Positions 12,491 to 25,551 of a DNA stretch of 64,000 nt are shown piece by piece. Numbering within the stretch: position 1 is the stretch's first letter; each line of letters begins with the position of its first letter. The DNA comes from the human T2T-CHM13v2.0 reference genome, Homo sapiens, in NCBI RefSeq assembly GCF_009914755.1, contig NC_060928.1; one strand, written 5' to 3'. The notes below the pieces were generated by a model that did no database searches, had not been told where the DNA came from, and saw nothing but the letters and a program-made list of their open reading frames with translations. The translations under genes were made by a program, and so were the position numbers.

Positions 12491-15363
12491 GACTCCTATC
12501 GAAAAAACATCAAATGCCCTAAGACAAAAACATTTACTTAATATAATTTCTAAACACAAAGAGATAATGATTTATTTGGAAAGGCAAGGTAAATATGCAA
12601 CAAGCAAACAAACTAGAAGCCGGATGAAACCGAAGTAAGCCTTAAGGTACAACATCAGAGTCATGTTAAGTTGGCTTGGACAAACAATATGTTGAGAACT
12701 AATATAAAATATTCATAGGCCAAAGTGGAATGGAGTCTCATCCTTCTGTGATGGCTATGGTCAAGCCAAGACTCTAAGAAATAAATTGCGTGCCTTCCAA
12801 AGGCATTTTCTGGCTCTGAGACACTGAACAGGGGAGCAGTTATCATCCAGAAAATCCTCTTTAATTTCCCATTTCGATAAAATAAGTTAGAACTTGTGTT
12901 ATGAACAAGAAAGAAGAGTGAAAAAAAGTCACTCTGAGCCAAGGACTGTGCTAGGGACTTCACAAATATTGTCCAATAGCTAATAAAAAGCAACATTTCT
13001 GAATTGCTACATTTATGATTCTGTAAGTGAACACTGATTTGGGTCAGTGGCTTGATCTTAAAAGATCACGATATGCCACTATTTGATCATAACTGTATCA
13101 TTCTGCGAATCAGTTAATGGAGAATTTTCATCTTTATTTTTATGTGCATACATATACAATCAAAATTTTGTTATAAAATGGCAAGCCACTCCTTTTCATA
13201 TAAATCAATTTTATGCCACATATAAGCTGAAATTAAAATGGGGAAACACCAATCAAAATGTCACAGAAAAGATAATCAGCTTCCTCAAGAACAATTCTAT
13301 TAGCTGCTAAAATTACAGGAGATAAATATGGTTTTTGTGAATACTGTGCTGTCAATGACAAGACTGGAAAATGTTTCAAAATGCCATACTTTTGAAGTCT
13401 ATGGTATGTGGGAACATAATACCACAAAGGCAGAAAAAATGTCACCCACAAGTTAATATTCCTGCTACTACATGTAGGTATATTTTAGTTATCAGTGTTT
13501 CTATATAAATATACTTTAAGTTTCAGTGCAAACTAGAATTTAGAAATTCCAGGAGATATATTTCCATTAGAAATTCCAGGATGATTATATTACAGAATTC
13601 TAATTTTAATTTGCAAATACTCCAAGTTCAGTAAAAAAATACTATTTCTATTGGGATTGCATTACAATGGTATCAACATTTCTTAATTAACACTATTCAC
13701 TCATGAATCAACAGAATGAAAATAACTTGAAAGACTATTTTATCAACCAGCACAGTTTAAAAAATATATGTTAATTTTAGCTACATACAGTTTTAATTTA
13801 TGCTTTAAAACTTCTAATTATTGCCATTTAAATATTTCTTTGGCAGTCAAGTCATCATAAGTGTAAAAAAAGAGTACGAAATCTACTTTGTTAATAAATG
13901 AAATGTTTGGTGAATAGTAAAGCTATGCTATTTTTAGAGACATTTATGTTTATATTCAGTTGATTGTCATTATAATTCATTATAATTGCTTCAAAGTTAA
14001 ATAATATCATTTAAAGTATGGGCTAATTTCCTATACCGCCATAGTTAAGCATAGTTACTTCTTAAGCTTTGTCTACACCTGTCTAAAAGTATTACCCCAC
14101 TTTCAATGTTTTCTCAAAGGCAGTTCATCTTGCCCCTTTTTATTCCACAGATAGAGTCTGGATCACTGTCCTCAGAGATGGAAGATTCTACAGCCTTGAA
14201 CAAAATCTGAATAGCTTTAGAATTTTTCACGTTAGACACAGCTTCTGTACTTTTTAAAGGAAAGTAAGCATGATGGCAAGCTGTTGCCTCTTCTAGTCTA
14301 CCTGACAAAGTCTATGGACTTTAAGTGATCCGATTACATTAAGTTTGACCTTTAAGGAAAACTGAAATCTACTTCCAAAATGAAATTAGTTTTACTTTCT
14401 AGATTGCACTGGAGAAAAAATATTTCCAGCCTCACTTTCAAGACTTCTTTTGTCATATGAAATTCTTAAAACAACATTGTTTTCTATTTATTTTATTAAA
14501 ACTATGTCACGAGGCACTTGTGGGCAGGAGGTGATTTTGAAAAGACAAATAACTTAGGATGTAGTAAATAGTGGTAGATTTATAAGACAGACATATCCAC
14601 TGAGACCATTTGTCACTATCTGCTAAAAACAAATGTGTGCAGAAGTTAGGAAGTGGTTAGGAGGGAAGGAAGACAGCTCTGGAGACAAAATCTGTAGTCA
14701 GTCTCTGGGACAAGCATATTTCTTTGGGCATATAGCTGTTTTTTCAAGGGCGTTAACCTTCAGAGACCACAGGCTGGCAGCAGTGAGGTCTCTTCCTGCC
14801 TAAATGTGCAATGATTCCCCTATCACCCATCAGGCCTCCTCTTACACAGAAAATAACTGGCATCAGCTTATTTCCGCACTTGTACAATGCTCTACAATTT
14901 TTGAGCCTCACAGTTTTGTAGATGTACATCTATGTATCGCTATCACATTGTAAGATGGGAGGTGAGGTGGTTGAACGCTTGGGCTGTCACCAGATTGCGT
15001 GGGTTCCTATTCTGCCTTCACTACTTACTGGGATGTAGGTACTGCGGGATAATGGCAATACCTACACCAAAGGACTGTTGTGAGAGACAAGATAAGATGC
15101 AAAGCATTCAGCTGGAGGACTTGTTAAGCACTCAATAATGTTACTCACTATTAGCTATTATTTTTGTCTTAGGACAGTGTTTCCTCAAGTGGATCCCAAG
15201 CCTAGTTTCATAGGCAATATTTTACATCATGAACCGGTATACACATATACACTTATGTAACAATAATGCAAATAATAAATATGCATATATGCTGCTTATT
15301 ACATATGGACTGAGTGGTGCAGAGTTAGGATTTGAACCTAGGGGTCCGGGGTCCTGTTTTTCT

Positions 15364-15556
15364 AGTGTTGTTTTTTTTTTTCTTGGAGGGGGGATTACAG
15401 GCACACATCACCACACCCGGCTAATTTTGTATTTTTAGTAGAGACGGGGTTTTGCCATGTTGGCCAGGCTGGTCTTGAACTCCTGACCTCGAGTGATCCA
15501 CCCGCCTTGGCCTCCCAGAGTGTTGGGATTACAGGCGTGAGCCAACGTGCCCAGAC
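15364..15556 (-). mobile_element. Partial Alu (left arm retained, most of right arm missing)
   Basis: Poly-T then gggattacaggcac...gagccaacgtgcccagac; tctagtg on both flanks. Confidence 0.85.
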
Positions 15557-15810
15557 TCTCTAGTGCTCTGAACCACTACTCTCCACTGCCTTGTGGCCTG
15601 GTACTTGTTATACATGGAGGAGCCAAAGTTTCATCAAACACTAGTAACCGTCAATAAAAAGGATGCACAGTGACCACTTCTATTAGACATTTTATTTCAT
15701 CAAGAAAAATGCTGATCCTAACCTGCTCAATTGATTTTATGACCCAAGACATGTAATTTGAAAAATACTACAGTAAGTGTTGTAAGAAAAATTGTTTTGA
15801 AAACACTAAC

Positions 15811-15965
15811 AGCCAGGCATGGTGGCACACGCCTGTAGTTCCAGCTACTTGGGGGGCTGAGGTGGGCGGATCCCTTGAGGACAGGAGTTCAAGAATGCAC
15901 TGAGCATTCTGGGTGACAGAGTGAGTGAGACTCTGTCTCTATTAAAAGAGAAAAGAAAAGAACAG
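15811..15965 (+). mobile_element. Alu monomer (FRAM/AluJ right-arm-like)
   Basis: agccaggcatggtggcacacgcctgtagttccagctac...gagactctgtctct plus A-rich tail. Confidence 0.8.
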
Positions 15966-16997
15966 AAAACAATAACAATAAAAAGTTAAATAAGTATATG
16001 TATCTCATCTTAGAGGCTTTACCATGCTATTGTGCATTATAAATCTCCAAAAAAAAATAATAAAAAAGATTATATGGAGCATTTATTCAAGCATCCCCAT
16101 CACCCTATGGGATGGACACTAATTTGGGAAATGTTATCAGGGGGTGTTAATATCTTCAACACAGAGATAATTTGGGAGTTATTTCAACCTATAATTAGTA
16201 GGCACAAACATAGTCAATAAATTTTTAAATAATTGATTGAGGAAGAGTCCCTTCCAGAGGAGGGGAACCCCCAGGACCCTGAGCTCTGGCCTGGAGAGAA
16301 GTACCCTAGATGCCTATGCTGGGTGCGGGAGCATCACTCACCCAAGAAACATGAGAGGCAGTGTCTTGTAAAACAGTCTAATTAACAACATGTCCCTCTC
16401 CATGATCAAAATAATGGGTTTAATCAAAGCAAATTAGTTTAAAAATGGAAACAACATGCTTGATGCTAAATCAAATCCCATTTTAATGGCTTTACTAAAA
16501 ATAATGGTAGGTTACACCTTAAGTGGATTTGGTAATCTCCACAGGCTAGACTTGAGCAAGAGGATCTGGGTTTGAAACCTAAGAGAAAGAAACCAGACAA
16601 GAAGGGCAGAAACCAACAGAGGCAGAGGCTTCAGCTGCTCCTGGAGCCAGGGGTACCCATTTGTCAGACTTTTCACAGGGTCTCTGTGATTGTAATCAAG
16701 GGAAGAGTGCGAGAGTTGTGCATCACTACCTACTTCCTACCTTTCTCTGAACCTCCTCTCCCTTGAAAAATTGAAACGTACAGAAACTGACTCTAAGAAT
16801 ACATGATCTGTAATGTGCAAAAGAGCAAATAAGCCCAAGTTCATGAACACCGACACGAGGGGCCAGGCATCTAAACAACTCTGGGTGATGCTTATTATTG
16901 AGGCTAGCAGACACATAGAAATTAAAAAGAGAAACAGTTTTTAGAGTAGGGTTGAACTTCAGCACAAAATATCTTCTTCAGAGCAAGTACAAGTGGT

Positions 16998-17309
16998 TTT
17001 TCTTTTCTTTTTCTTTTTTTTTTTTTTTTTGATATGGAGTCTAGCTCTGTCGCCCAGGCTGGAGTGCAGTGGCACGATCTTGGCTCACTGCAACCTCTGC
17101 CTCTCCCGGGACCAAGCGATTCTCCTGTCTCACCCTCCCTGGGATTACAGGTACCTGCCACCATGCGCAGCTAATTTTTTTTTGTATTTTTAGTGGACAC
17201 AGGGTTTCACTGTATTGGCCGGGCTGGTCTCAAACTCCTGACTTCATGATCCACCCGCCTCAGCCTCCCGAAGTGCTGGGATTACAAGCGTGAGACACTG
17301 CACGTGGCC
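16998..17309 (-). mobile_element. Alu (AluS-like)
   Basis: Full antisense Alu; TSD acaagtggtttttc. Confidence 0.93.
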
Positions 17310-17454
17310 TCACAAGTGGTTTTTCATAGCAATAGGATTATGAAGTCAAATCTCAATTCTGGTATTATCAATGCCAATTGCCACTTTTTTTTTTCTAATT
17401 AAAGGATAATTGCCTTTAAATGCTATCTCTCTAGGAAATATGGGGAGAAAATTC

Positions 17455-17658
17455 AGAACTATACTGTCCAATATGGTAGCCACTAGCCTCATGTGGCTAT
17501 TTAAATTAATTACGGCTAAATAAAATTTAAAATTCAGTTCCTCAATTACACTAGCCCACATTTCAAGCGTTCAATAGCCACATGTGGCTCATGGTTATCA
17601 TACTGGACAGATTACAGAACATGTCCATCAATGCAGAAAGTTCTTTTGGACAGCACTG
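17455..17658. mobile_element. MER3-like hAT-Charlie MITE
   Basis: ctgtccaatatggtagccactagcctcatgtggctattt...ttggacagcactg; ends are inverted (ctgtccaa/ttggacag). Confidence 0.8.
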
Positions 17659-17884
17659 ATCTAGAAAAGGCTGTTTATAGATGCCAAAAAGGAAAATATT
17701 AATTTCTCACTTAGTAAAAGAGCTTCAAGCCCTACCTACCAAAGCTGGTTTGACTCAGAATAGTTTGGGGCTGAATTTGAAGGCTACTGCCAAAGATTTC
17801 ACGATTATCTCAAAATATTCTAAATGGCTGATCTAAAATCTCTTTGCATGATGATTGATTTTCCATTGCCACAAGTTGTCTTTC

Positions 17885-17929
17885 AAAATCTAAACATACC
17901 AGAAAAAAAAAAAAATCTAAACATACCAG
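17885..17929 (+). mobile_element. Solo poly(A) insertion with 18-bp TSD
   Basis: aaaatctaaacataccag + A-run + aaaatctaaacataccag. Confidence 0.7.
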
Positions 17930-18077
17930 GAAATGATATTTGGTGATAACAATAACTTAAAGTTCCAATAATTTATGAACAAGTTTTAAAATACTTAGAA
18001 CAACTATGAAAAAATATAAAGCTACATGGCACCATCAGCTCCAGGAGTAAAAATTTATAGTTAAAATAAGTAGGGGC

Positions 18078-18539
18078 TGTCAGGCTTCTGAGCCCAAGCT
18101 AAGCCATCATATCCCCTGTGACCTGCACGTATACATCCAGATGGCCTGAAGCAACTGAAGATCCACAAAAGTGAAAATAGCCTTAACTGATGACATTCCA
18201 TCATTGTGATTTGTTTCTTCCCCACCCTAACTGATCAATGTACTTTGTAATCTCCCCCACCCTTAAGAAGGTTCTTTGTAATTTCCCCACCCCTAAAAAT
18301 GTTCTTTGTTAATTCTCCCCACCCTTGAGAATGTACTTTGTGAGATCCACCCCCTGCCTGCAAAACATTGCTCCTAACTCCACCGCCTATCCCAAAACCT
18401 ACAAAAACTAATGATAATCCCACCACCCTTTGCTGACTCCTTTTTCGGACTCAGCCCACATGCACCCAGGTGAAATAAACAGCCTTGTTGCTCACACAAA
18501 GCCTGTTGGTGGACTCTCTTCACACGGACCCATGTGACA
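18078..18539 (+). mobile_element. HERV-H solo LTR (LTR7 family, LTR7B-like 3' end)
   Basis: TG...CA termini (tgtcaggcttctgagcccaagctaagccatc...cttcacacggacccatgtgaca), AATAAA at ~18474, 5-bp TSD ggggc (18073-18077 and 18540-18544). Confidence 0.93.
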
Positions 18540-18541
18540 GG

Positions 18542-18883
<342 letters not shown>

Positions 18884-20826
18884 CTAGTCCTACGCTTTTC
18901 ATGAACTTAGACCTGGATTCAATAACACTTGGACCCTATAATGTTTTGGGAACTTCAGCACACATCTCATTGGACCCTTACCAGAACCTAATCACACCGT
19001 AGTGCTGATTCTAAGTGTTACAGATTCTTCTGTGAAAGGGGATGACTGAGAAGTAATACATTATCTTGTCAGTGCTTGTCTTGCTTAATTGGTTACTGAA
19101 CTGATCCCAAATGGCCAGATTGCAGTGAAACCAAATGGCTGAGATTGCGGGGTCCAGCTAGCTTTTCCTCTCTCATGACTCCAGGCTGCCCTGCTAATCT
19201 GACCCACTGTACTAAAGAGGTGTGGGTCACAGGCGAGACAAAGCAGGAAGACAGACAAGAGTGTAAAGCAAAGGGCCTTCTCTCTTGACAATTGCAAAGC
19301 AGATAAAGTGAGCCCAAAAACCCCTGCAAGGTCATTGTGAACATGATTGTGGTAGTTCTACAACAAAGGCTAAATAGAACGCATTATTGTGTTCACGCAA
19401 AAAAAAAAATTACTCCATAGAGCAAATTATCCCCCCACAAAGCAACATGGAAAAGGTATTTGTAAGAAATGCATGAATTAAGCAATTGCTCTGAAGACTT
19501 AAATGCCAATTTAAATAATCCAAACAGATTGCATTCAGCTAATGGCAGATTATAATAAACATGCATTAAAGTGTTTTTCAAATACTTTAATATATTTGTG
19601 AATGTCATAACATCTATCAACTAGTCATTATTGTTAGCAAAACTTCTTTACCCTTTTATTTACCATGTCCAGTTTGTGAGCTTCCAACTTGGGGGACTTG
19701 CAAAACATTTATTAAATAATGTATAAAGGACACACCATTAAAATTCCTACGCTTATGCCTTGAAGATTAAACTCACATTTCTAGCTCATTAATAGATGAC
19801 AGCTATAGTTAATCCTGGAAACATGGAGTCTCTAGAACACATACAAGAAAAAGTTTGGGATTTGATACATGAGAGCTGAGACTAAAATTCTTTGATCGGT
19901 CACATATATGGGCCTAACAATTTTTCCTTGAAATAGGAAACTTTAAGTAGGTCAGTTTAATGACTGCTACCATGGAGTTTATAAATCCACACTCAACTAT
20001 CCTTTCGATGAACTGCTGCCCAGAATGGAGTTATAGCCCTGCACTATTAAAATGTCTTTGGTTCAAGCAGAGAAAGATGCAGAAACTGATCCTGCCATTT
20101 AGGCTTTGTTATTGTTTTAGATCCAATAACTGTTTGGTTTTGTTTTTCAACATGGCATTGGTATATCTGGTTCCCCAACAGGACCTCGCATGTAGGACAT
20201 CGGAGTGGGTTCACTCGGGAAGATGGACTTCCATTCTACCTGAGCTATGTTCCCACATGCGGTCACAATCCTGGCCCAACCGTGAAAGGCGGTCTGGCCG
20301 GAATAAACCTGACCAAAAAGATCAGTGAAATGTGTGGGACATCATAAAGTGCTGTGGGGGTAGGGGTGGAGGAAAGGAATGAGTAGAGAAAAAAGGAGCA
20401 TGAATTTAAAATGGGAAAACCCTCTCATACTCCATTTGATTCATTTAAGGAGGGGAAAACCACTCAAGGACTCTCTCCAGAACCCAAAGCTAATCACTTT
20501 TTTATTGCAGCAGATTACCAAAGAGCCTAGGTAACCCACCTACCACGGCCTCCCGCCGAAAAACCAAAAATCCCATTTCTTCCCAAGTGTGCGCCCAGGA
20601 AAGGAAGGAAGACTGTGCATTTAGAGTGGAGGGCGGTACACAGGGCAAAGCAAGTTAGTGCCTCCTTCCCAGATCCCCTGCTTCCCGAGCCAGCCTGACC
20701 TGGCTAACCGCAAAGTGCAGGGAGAATGGCACAGGGACCGGGAGGTCAAACTTGGGGTCGCTTCTCACCCGAGTCCACCCGATAACGAGATGATGGGGCG
20801 GCGGGTGGGGACACCTGTCAAAGGAC

Positions 20827-20850
20827 GGGGCCGGGGCCGGGGCCGGGGCC
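20827..20850 (+). repeat. (GGGGCC)4 hexanucleotide repeat
   Basis: Four perfect ggggcc units. Confidence 0.95.
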
Positions 20851-21184
20851 GCAGCGGGCGGGCTGGCTGGCGGCACTGCGGCGGCGGGGACCGAGGCGCG
20901 CCGGCTCGGGCGTTCGCAGCTCGCGGGGCAGAGCCGGCACCGACTCCTGGACTTGCCGGGGAGCGTGCGCCCGCGGAGGGCTCGGGCGGGCGGCCCCGCG
21001 CCCGGGACGCTATGGGAGGGGGCCGCAGCCGAGCAGGGCCCCGCAGCCGGGCGGACCCAGCCGCCCCAGCCGCGCTGCAGCCCCCGCCGTCCCCGGTCTC
21101 CGCCTGCGGGCTGCGCGCGGGGCCGGGCCGGACGCCCCCTGGCTGCGCGACGGGCCCAGGCAGGGGAGGGGGCGCCGCGCCTAC

Positions 21185-21270
21185 CTGCTCTGGTGCGGCG
21201 GGGCCGCTGTCGCCTCGAGGGGCTGTGACCTGCTGCGGTGGCGGCGGCGGCAGCAGTAGCGGCGGGTAGG
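21185..21270 (-). other. TMEM150C: Probable non-coding first exon of a minus-strand gene (tentatively TMEM150C)
   Basis: Minus strand reads GCTACTGCTGCCGCCGCCGCCACC...GCACCAGAGCAG|GTAGGC, a good donor lying just downstream of GC boxes; no ATG. Gene identity rests only on recall of the 5' UTR and of a PTPN11 pseudogene on 4q21; no coding exon is in the window. Confidence 0.45.
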
Positions 21271-22129
21271 GCGCTTCCTTCAGGAAGGGGTGGGATCTGC
21301 TCACCCGCCCGCCCGGCCCCCTCCTGCCGCGCCGGGGCCCGCCCCCGACTTATTCTGGGGTCCCCGCTGCTAGGCCTTCGGGGAGAGTTGATCCCCTGGG
21401 TCTCGGGCTTCTGCCACCCCCCCGGGGCCCCTAATAGTCACCCGGGGCAGGAGCCGGGTGTGGGCGGGCGAGCCGCTTCCTTCCGAAGCCTTTGTGGACG
21501 CGTTTGCCTGGCGCTCCTCATCCAACAAAAGGAAGGACAGAATCTTGGATCCTCCGCCTGGTGGTTATTTATTCCTGACCTGTTGTAACCTTCTGCCTGG
21601 CTCTCTTTCGTCCGCACACCTAGGGTTTTTGCACAAAGCAGCTAAAATTCATTTTCATGCCCATTGACTGAATGTAGTTCTCCTCCATTCAGCGCTGTCC
21701 CGCGGTTTTTGGTTTTTTTTTTTCCATCCTATTGAACAAACACAGAGCCAACTTCGGACCCTGGCAATGAACAGCAGACACCAAGGCCGACCTCCCAGCG
21801 CCAGCTTGCAGCTTTCCTCCCTGGGTCTCGTCTGAGTCCGTCATAAACTGTGTTCATCAGCGTTTTGACAGCTTCCCCCATCCCGGACCCCCAACCTACC
21901 ATGGGACCCCATGGCACCATGTCAGTGACCTCTAGCAGCAGCATGGATCAATGCCATTTTTATCTTAGGCTCATCATGAGCCTGGGTTCCAAACACAACC
22001 TCTCTGGCCTCCAACAGGTGGCTCTCCTTTATCAACCGGCCTTTGTCAGTCTGCCCTCTATTCTTTTGGGGGCTTCCGTACCACACCTGTCTCCTTTAAA
22101 CTGCTGTCTCTACACAAGCAGGCATTCCC

Positions 22130-22154
22130 TTTTTTTCTTTTTCTTTTTCTTTTC

Positions 22155-22197
<43 letters not shown>

Positions 22198-22479
22198 GAG
22201 ACGGAGTCTTGCTCTGTCGCTCAGGCTGGAGTGCAGTGCCGCAATGTCGGCTCACTGTAACCTCTGCCTCTCGGGTTCAAGCGATTCTCTCGCCTCAGCC
22301 TCCTGAGTAGCTGGGATTACAGGCGCCCGCCACCATGCCTGATTAATTTTTGTATTTTCAGTAGAGGCGGGGTTTCACCACGTTGGCCAGGCTGGTCTCA
22401 AAACTCCTGGCCTCAAGTGATCCGCCTGCCTCAGCCTCCCAAACTGCTGGGATTACAGGCGTGAACCACCGCGCCCGGC
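22130..22479 (-). mobile_element. Alu (AluSx/Sz-like) with long pyrimidine tail
   Basis: ~68-nt T-rich tract then full antisense Alu. Confidence 0.93.
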
Positions 22480-23901
22480 CCAACCAGGTGTTTCTAAGAA
22501 TCTTCTCCAATTCAGCATATTCAAATTCTGCAATTAACGTTCGGTTCCAGAACTCTCCCTTCCCCACAATTCTTGTGATTATTGTCTACTATGTGTATAT
22601 TGATTCTTTTTTTTTTTCTGTATGTTGATTTCTTGTTACTGTTTTCTCCTGGCTACTAGACTGTAAGCTTCCTGAGACCAGGGATCTTGCCTTCTCTTGT
22701 TTTCCTTATTTTAATGAGTGGGACTGTTATCCATTCAATTAAAATAGCAAAAGCAAAAACTGAATCTTAGTCTAGACTCCCATGAAAGTATATGCTCAAT
22801 TTTGTGGGAATTAGCTTATGTGTACTTTTCTGAGGAGAGTAACTACACATTAATCAGACCCTCAAAGTGGTCTGACTCCCCCAAAGGTAAGATTGCTTGA
22901 GGCCCATCCATGAACCCCTCCTCTCTCTACTCCCTGTCCCCATGCCATTCATTTCTCTCTGCAATAACGGAAAGAGTCCTCTAGCTAGATCTTCCAATTC
23001 ATTCTTTCAGAAGTAGATCCAGCCAAAGAATTAGCTGTCCCTCAAACACAGAAGTGGTACTCTGTTTTCACATCAGAATCACCAGTGGGGGCTTTAGAAA
23101 ATGATGCCTGGGTTCACCTCAGACCCAGAGTCAAAACCTGATTGGAGGTGGCGGGGGAAACCAGAACACAGGTATTTTGACAAAGAACCGCAGGTGATTC
23201 CGACATGGCCATGCCATATCACTCCCTTTCTTGGGAATAGGGCTCCCAATTTGTAAAATGCCCTTACTTTCCCCTCCCCCATTTTTTTGTGGAAGGATTG
23301 AGAATCCATGCACCAGGTTTAATTTATTTCAACATTTTCATTTTCATTTAGAGCCAGGCCTATGTTTCCTAAAAAAAACCAACTTGAGTTTGTGAGGATC
23401 GCAGGCTCAGTGCCATTCCTCAGCACCACTAAATCACCGCCGCCTTCATCTCCAAAATGTCCCTCCAAATAAACCCAAAAAGCAAAATGAATTACATTTC
23501 TGACAGTGATATTACCAGCTGAAATTGTGTGTTAAAATGCTGGCCATGAAGGAGAGTTGGTTGCTATAAGCAGATTCTGTTAATGTCATGAGAGTTCGAG
23601 CGAAGCTTCGAGAGTACAAGCAAAACATGGGCTTCTCTGTGCCTTTTTCTTGGTATCCCATCTGTTAAAATTTGTTGTCCACCATGTACTCAATATACCC
23701 TTAGATATTTTAAATCATATATGGGTGTAAGACTGAAATACTTTTCCAGAACCGGTTGTCCTTTTTTCTTTTGAGTATTTTTTGGGGGATGAATTTTAAA
23801 TGAATCTCTGAAGGCTTCCAGCCAGCACTTGCTTCTACCTCACAAAGACCAGTAAAGGCCCCAAGGCAGCTTGGTCCTGAGTATTTGGGGAGTGAGAGTG
23901 A

Positions 23902-24260
<359 letters not shown>

Positions 24261-25257
24261 CTCTTACTCCTTTTTATAGGAAGCTAGCTCTCGGAGTATG
24301 TGCTATGCCTTGGCATCACTTGGGAGGTTGTCACATTGGTCCATTATAAAATGTGACATTGAATAAAGGTTCTGTCCCACTTCTGCCTCCAATTCAAAGG
24401 CCATCTCTGGAATGGCCATTGGCAGTGAAGGATTTAGGTTCTCTGTCTAACATCTGCAGCACTCCCCCTGTTCCCAAGAACTCCTACACCACTGAGCTTG
24501 GTTCTGCCCTCTCATATGTGAACTCTCTTCCTCTTATTCTCAGAACTCTCATGTGTGTCCTACTGATGGTAAGGAGTTTGATCACAACTGGCTGTCTTTT
24601 TAAAAATTGCATACAAATATTCATTTTGTACCTTTAAATGATCTGTTGATATGTTCCAAAGTGATTCAGTCTGTGAGGAAAGACCAAGCACAGAGTTAGA
24701 GACTGGGGCATGGAAGAAATAGAGCGTAAGGCCCAGAAAGAGATGCCAGCCACAAACTTTGTAAAATTTTGTGTCAAATGGAGATCCATACTCAGAGACA
24801 TCAACATTCTACAGAACCACAACGAGGCATCCTAATTTCAACACCATGTTGTTCTACAAGGCTGATGTCCTAACTCTGGTGCACAGCACAAACATCCATC
24901 TATCTGAGTTGGGGGCGGGGGGCGGTTTCCTGATATAAATGAATTTATTATCTAACTGAAACCACTACAGAACATTTAGAATTACAAAGAAATTTTATAT
25001 TCTTGCTCATTTTCTTTCTCTTGGGCAGTCAATTTGTTTTTGTTATTTTATGATTCAAATCACTTCCCTAATTCATTTGAAAAAACAGAATTGAGAAGCA
25101 CAGCTCATAAATAACGCTCTCAGGGATTCTGGAAATCCCTGCTGCTGGTCCAATTGCAATGACTTTCATTATAATAAAAATCTCTGTATAACGAAGTTAT
25201 TGCCAAACCTTATCCAACAACTGGTAATCCAAGTAGTCTCTGATAAACAACAAAATC

Positions 25258-25551
25258 AGCTGGGCGCAGTGGCTCACACCTGTAATCCCAGCGCTTTGGG
25301 AGGCTGAGGCGGGCGGATCATGAGATCAGGAGATGGAGACCATCCTGGCCAACATGGTAAAACCCTGTCTCTACTAAAAATACAAAAAATTAGCTGGGTG
25401 TGATGGTGCATGCCTGTAATCCCAGCTACTCAGGAGGCTGAGGCAGGAGAATTCTTGAACCAGGGAGTCAGAGGTTGCAGTGAGCCGAGATCTCACCACT
25501 GTACTCCAGCCTGGGGACAGAGCGAGACTCCATCTAAAAAAAAAAAAAAAA
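25258..25551 (+). mobile_element. Alu (AluSc-like)
   Basis: Full Alu; aaaatca on both flanks. Confidence 0.92.

Larger units (their letters stand above)
20540..21650. promoter_or_regulatory. CpG island / GC-box promoter
   Basis: Very high GC and unsuppressed CpG from ~20760 to ~21520; several GC boxes (cccgccc ~21303-21346); paired ETS-like cttcc...ggaag at ~21274-21287. Confidence 0.93.

Noticed and set aside
20827-20850. Identification as the C9orf72 repeat locus
   Set aside because: Flanking sequence does not match my recollection of C9orf72 intron 1.
20658-21588. Long Pro/Ala/Arg/Gly-rich ORFs (203, 179 and 116 aa) over the CpG island
   Set aside because: Stop codons are scarce in very GC-rich DNA; the starts are non-ATG, the ORFs overlap on both strands, and no domain is recognisable.
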